Origin: Phallusia mammillata
Lineage: Eukaryota
Length of the DNA stretch: 64,000 nucleotides
Reading direction: 5' to 3'
NCBI GenBank assembly: GCA_965637545.1
Contig: OZ281500.1
Coordinates: 5,022,001 to 5,086,000, forward strand
The notes under the pieces are model-generated. The model searched no databases and had not been told where the DNA came from. It worked only from the letters and a program-made list of their open reading frames with translations. Both the position numbers and the translations under genes were made by a program. Numbering within the stretch: the first letter of the stretch is position 1; every line of letters starts with the position of its first letter. Below are positions 63,316 through 64,000 of this stretch, piece by piece.

Positions 63316-63613
63316 GACCAAAACTAAACTGATGCAAATCTCGTAAAGTCCCGAATTTAAGCACCCATAACATTACACTGCAAAAACTTGTTGGCCTAGT
63401 GGTAAATAAAGTTTGCGGCCAAAGCTGAACTGATGCAAATCTCGTAAAGTCCCGAATTTAAGCAGCCATAACATTACAAAACTTGTTGACCTAATGGTAA
63501 ATAAAGTTTGCGGCCAAAGCTGAACTGATGCAAATCTCGTAAAGTCCCGAATTTAAGCAGCCATGACATTACACTGCAAAAACTTGTTGGCCTAGTGGTA
63601 AATAAAGTTTGCC
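63316..63613. repeat. ~95-101-bp tandem repeat (3 copies) upstream of the lectin gene
   Basis: Unit includes AACTGATGCAAATCTCGTAAAGTCCCGAATTTAAGCA.CCAT.ACATTAC...ACTTGTTG.CCTA.TGGTAAATAAAGTTTGC. Confidence 0.92.
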
Positions 63614-64000
63614 ACCGGACAGCACACTTTGCAAATGTTTGAAACGATTCTAGTCGTATTTTAAACATACCTCAAGCCTATTCATGTAAGTAACATATTA
63701 ATTGATTTAAACAATGATCAGGTTATATAGTTTTTAAATGAACTACTGGGCCAAATAAACTGTCTGAAATTAAAATCCAATCAGTCCCCTGTTGTCTGGA
63801 TTTTTAGACCGCGGGCAGACCAGCAAAACATGTTGAACTTGAAATTTGTGGGTAAACATATGTGAGGAGGGCGCCGCATCACACAATGACTGCTTTTACA
63901 ACAAAATATAAAGCGGTGATAAATGGTAACCGATGCAACGTTGTTTGGACAATCATTTGTTTATTTTTGTCACGAAATATCTGACTCTCGTTTAAGTGCA

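Overview
Eukaryotic (invertebrate chordate-like, most consistent with an ascidian tunicate; species not determinable here) AT-rich genomic DNA with short GT-AG introns. Three zones. (1) 1-16 kb: very long, TE-riddled introns of PWP1, with an orphan two-exon secreted-protein gene on the opposite strand. (2) 16-49.6 kb: a compact block of conserved genes: PWP1(+), LYAR(-), MRGBP(+), MRPL44(-), CMC4(-), a 22-exon uncharacterised coiled-coil gene(+), intronless DCTN5(+) and TMTC3(+). The CMC4 stop codon lies only 7 nt before the first MRPL44 ATG, suggesting a bicistronic/operon-type unit. (3) 49.6-64 kb: an accessory zone with nested hAT-type MITEs, a structured RTE-like fragment, an intronless 835-aa protein joining a GlnD/DUF294-like Pol-beta nucleotidyltransferase to a TPR array, a decayed paralog of it, a collagen + C-type lectin gene disabled by a frameshift and a nonsense codon, and a decayed duplicate of its last exon. 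The TPR-nucleotidyltransferase family and the CMC4-MRPL44 arrangement are the best leads. All gene models were assembled by hand from splice signals and recalled homology; no database searches were run.
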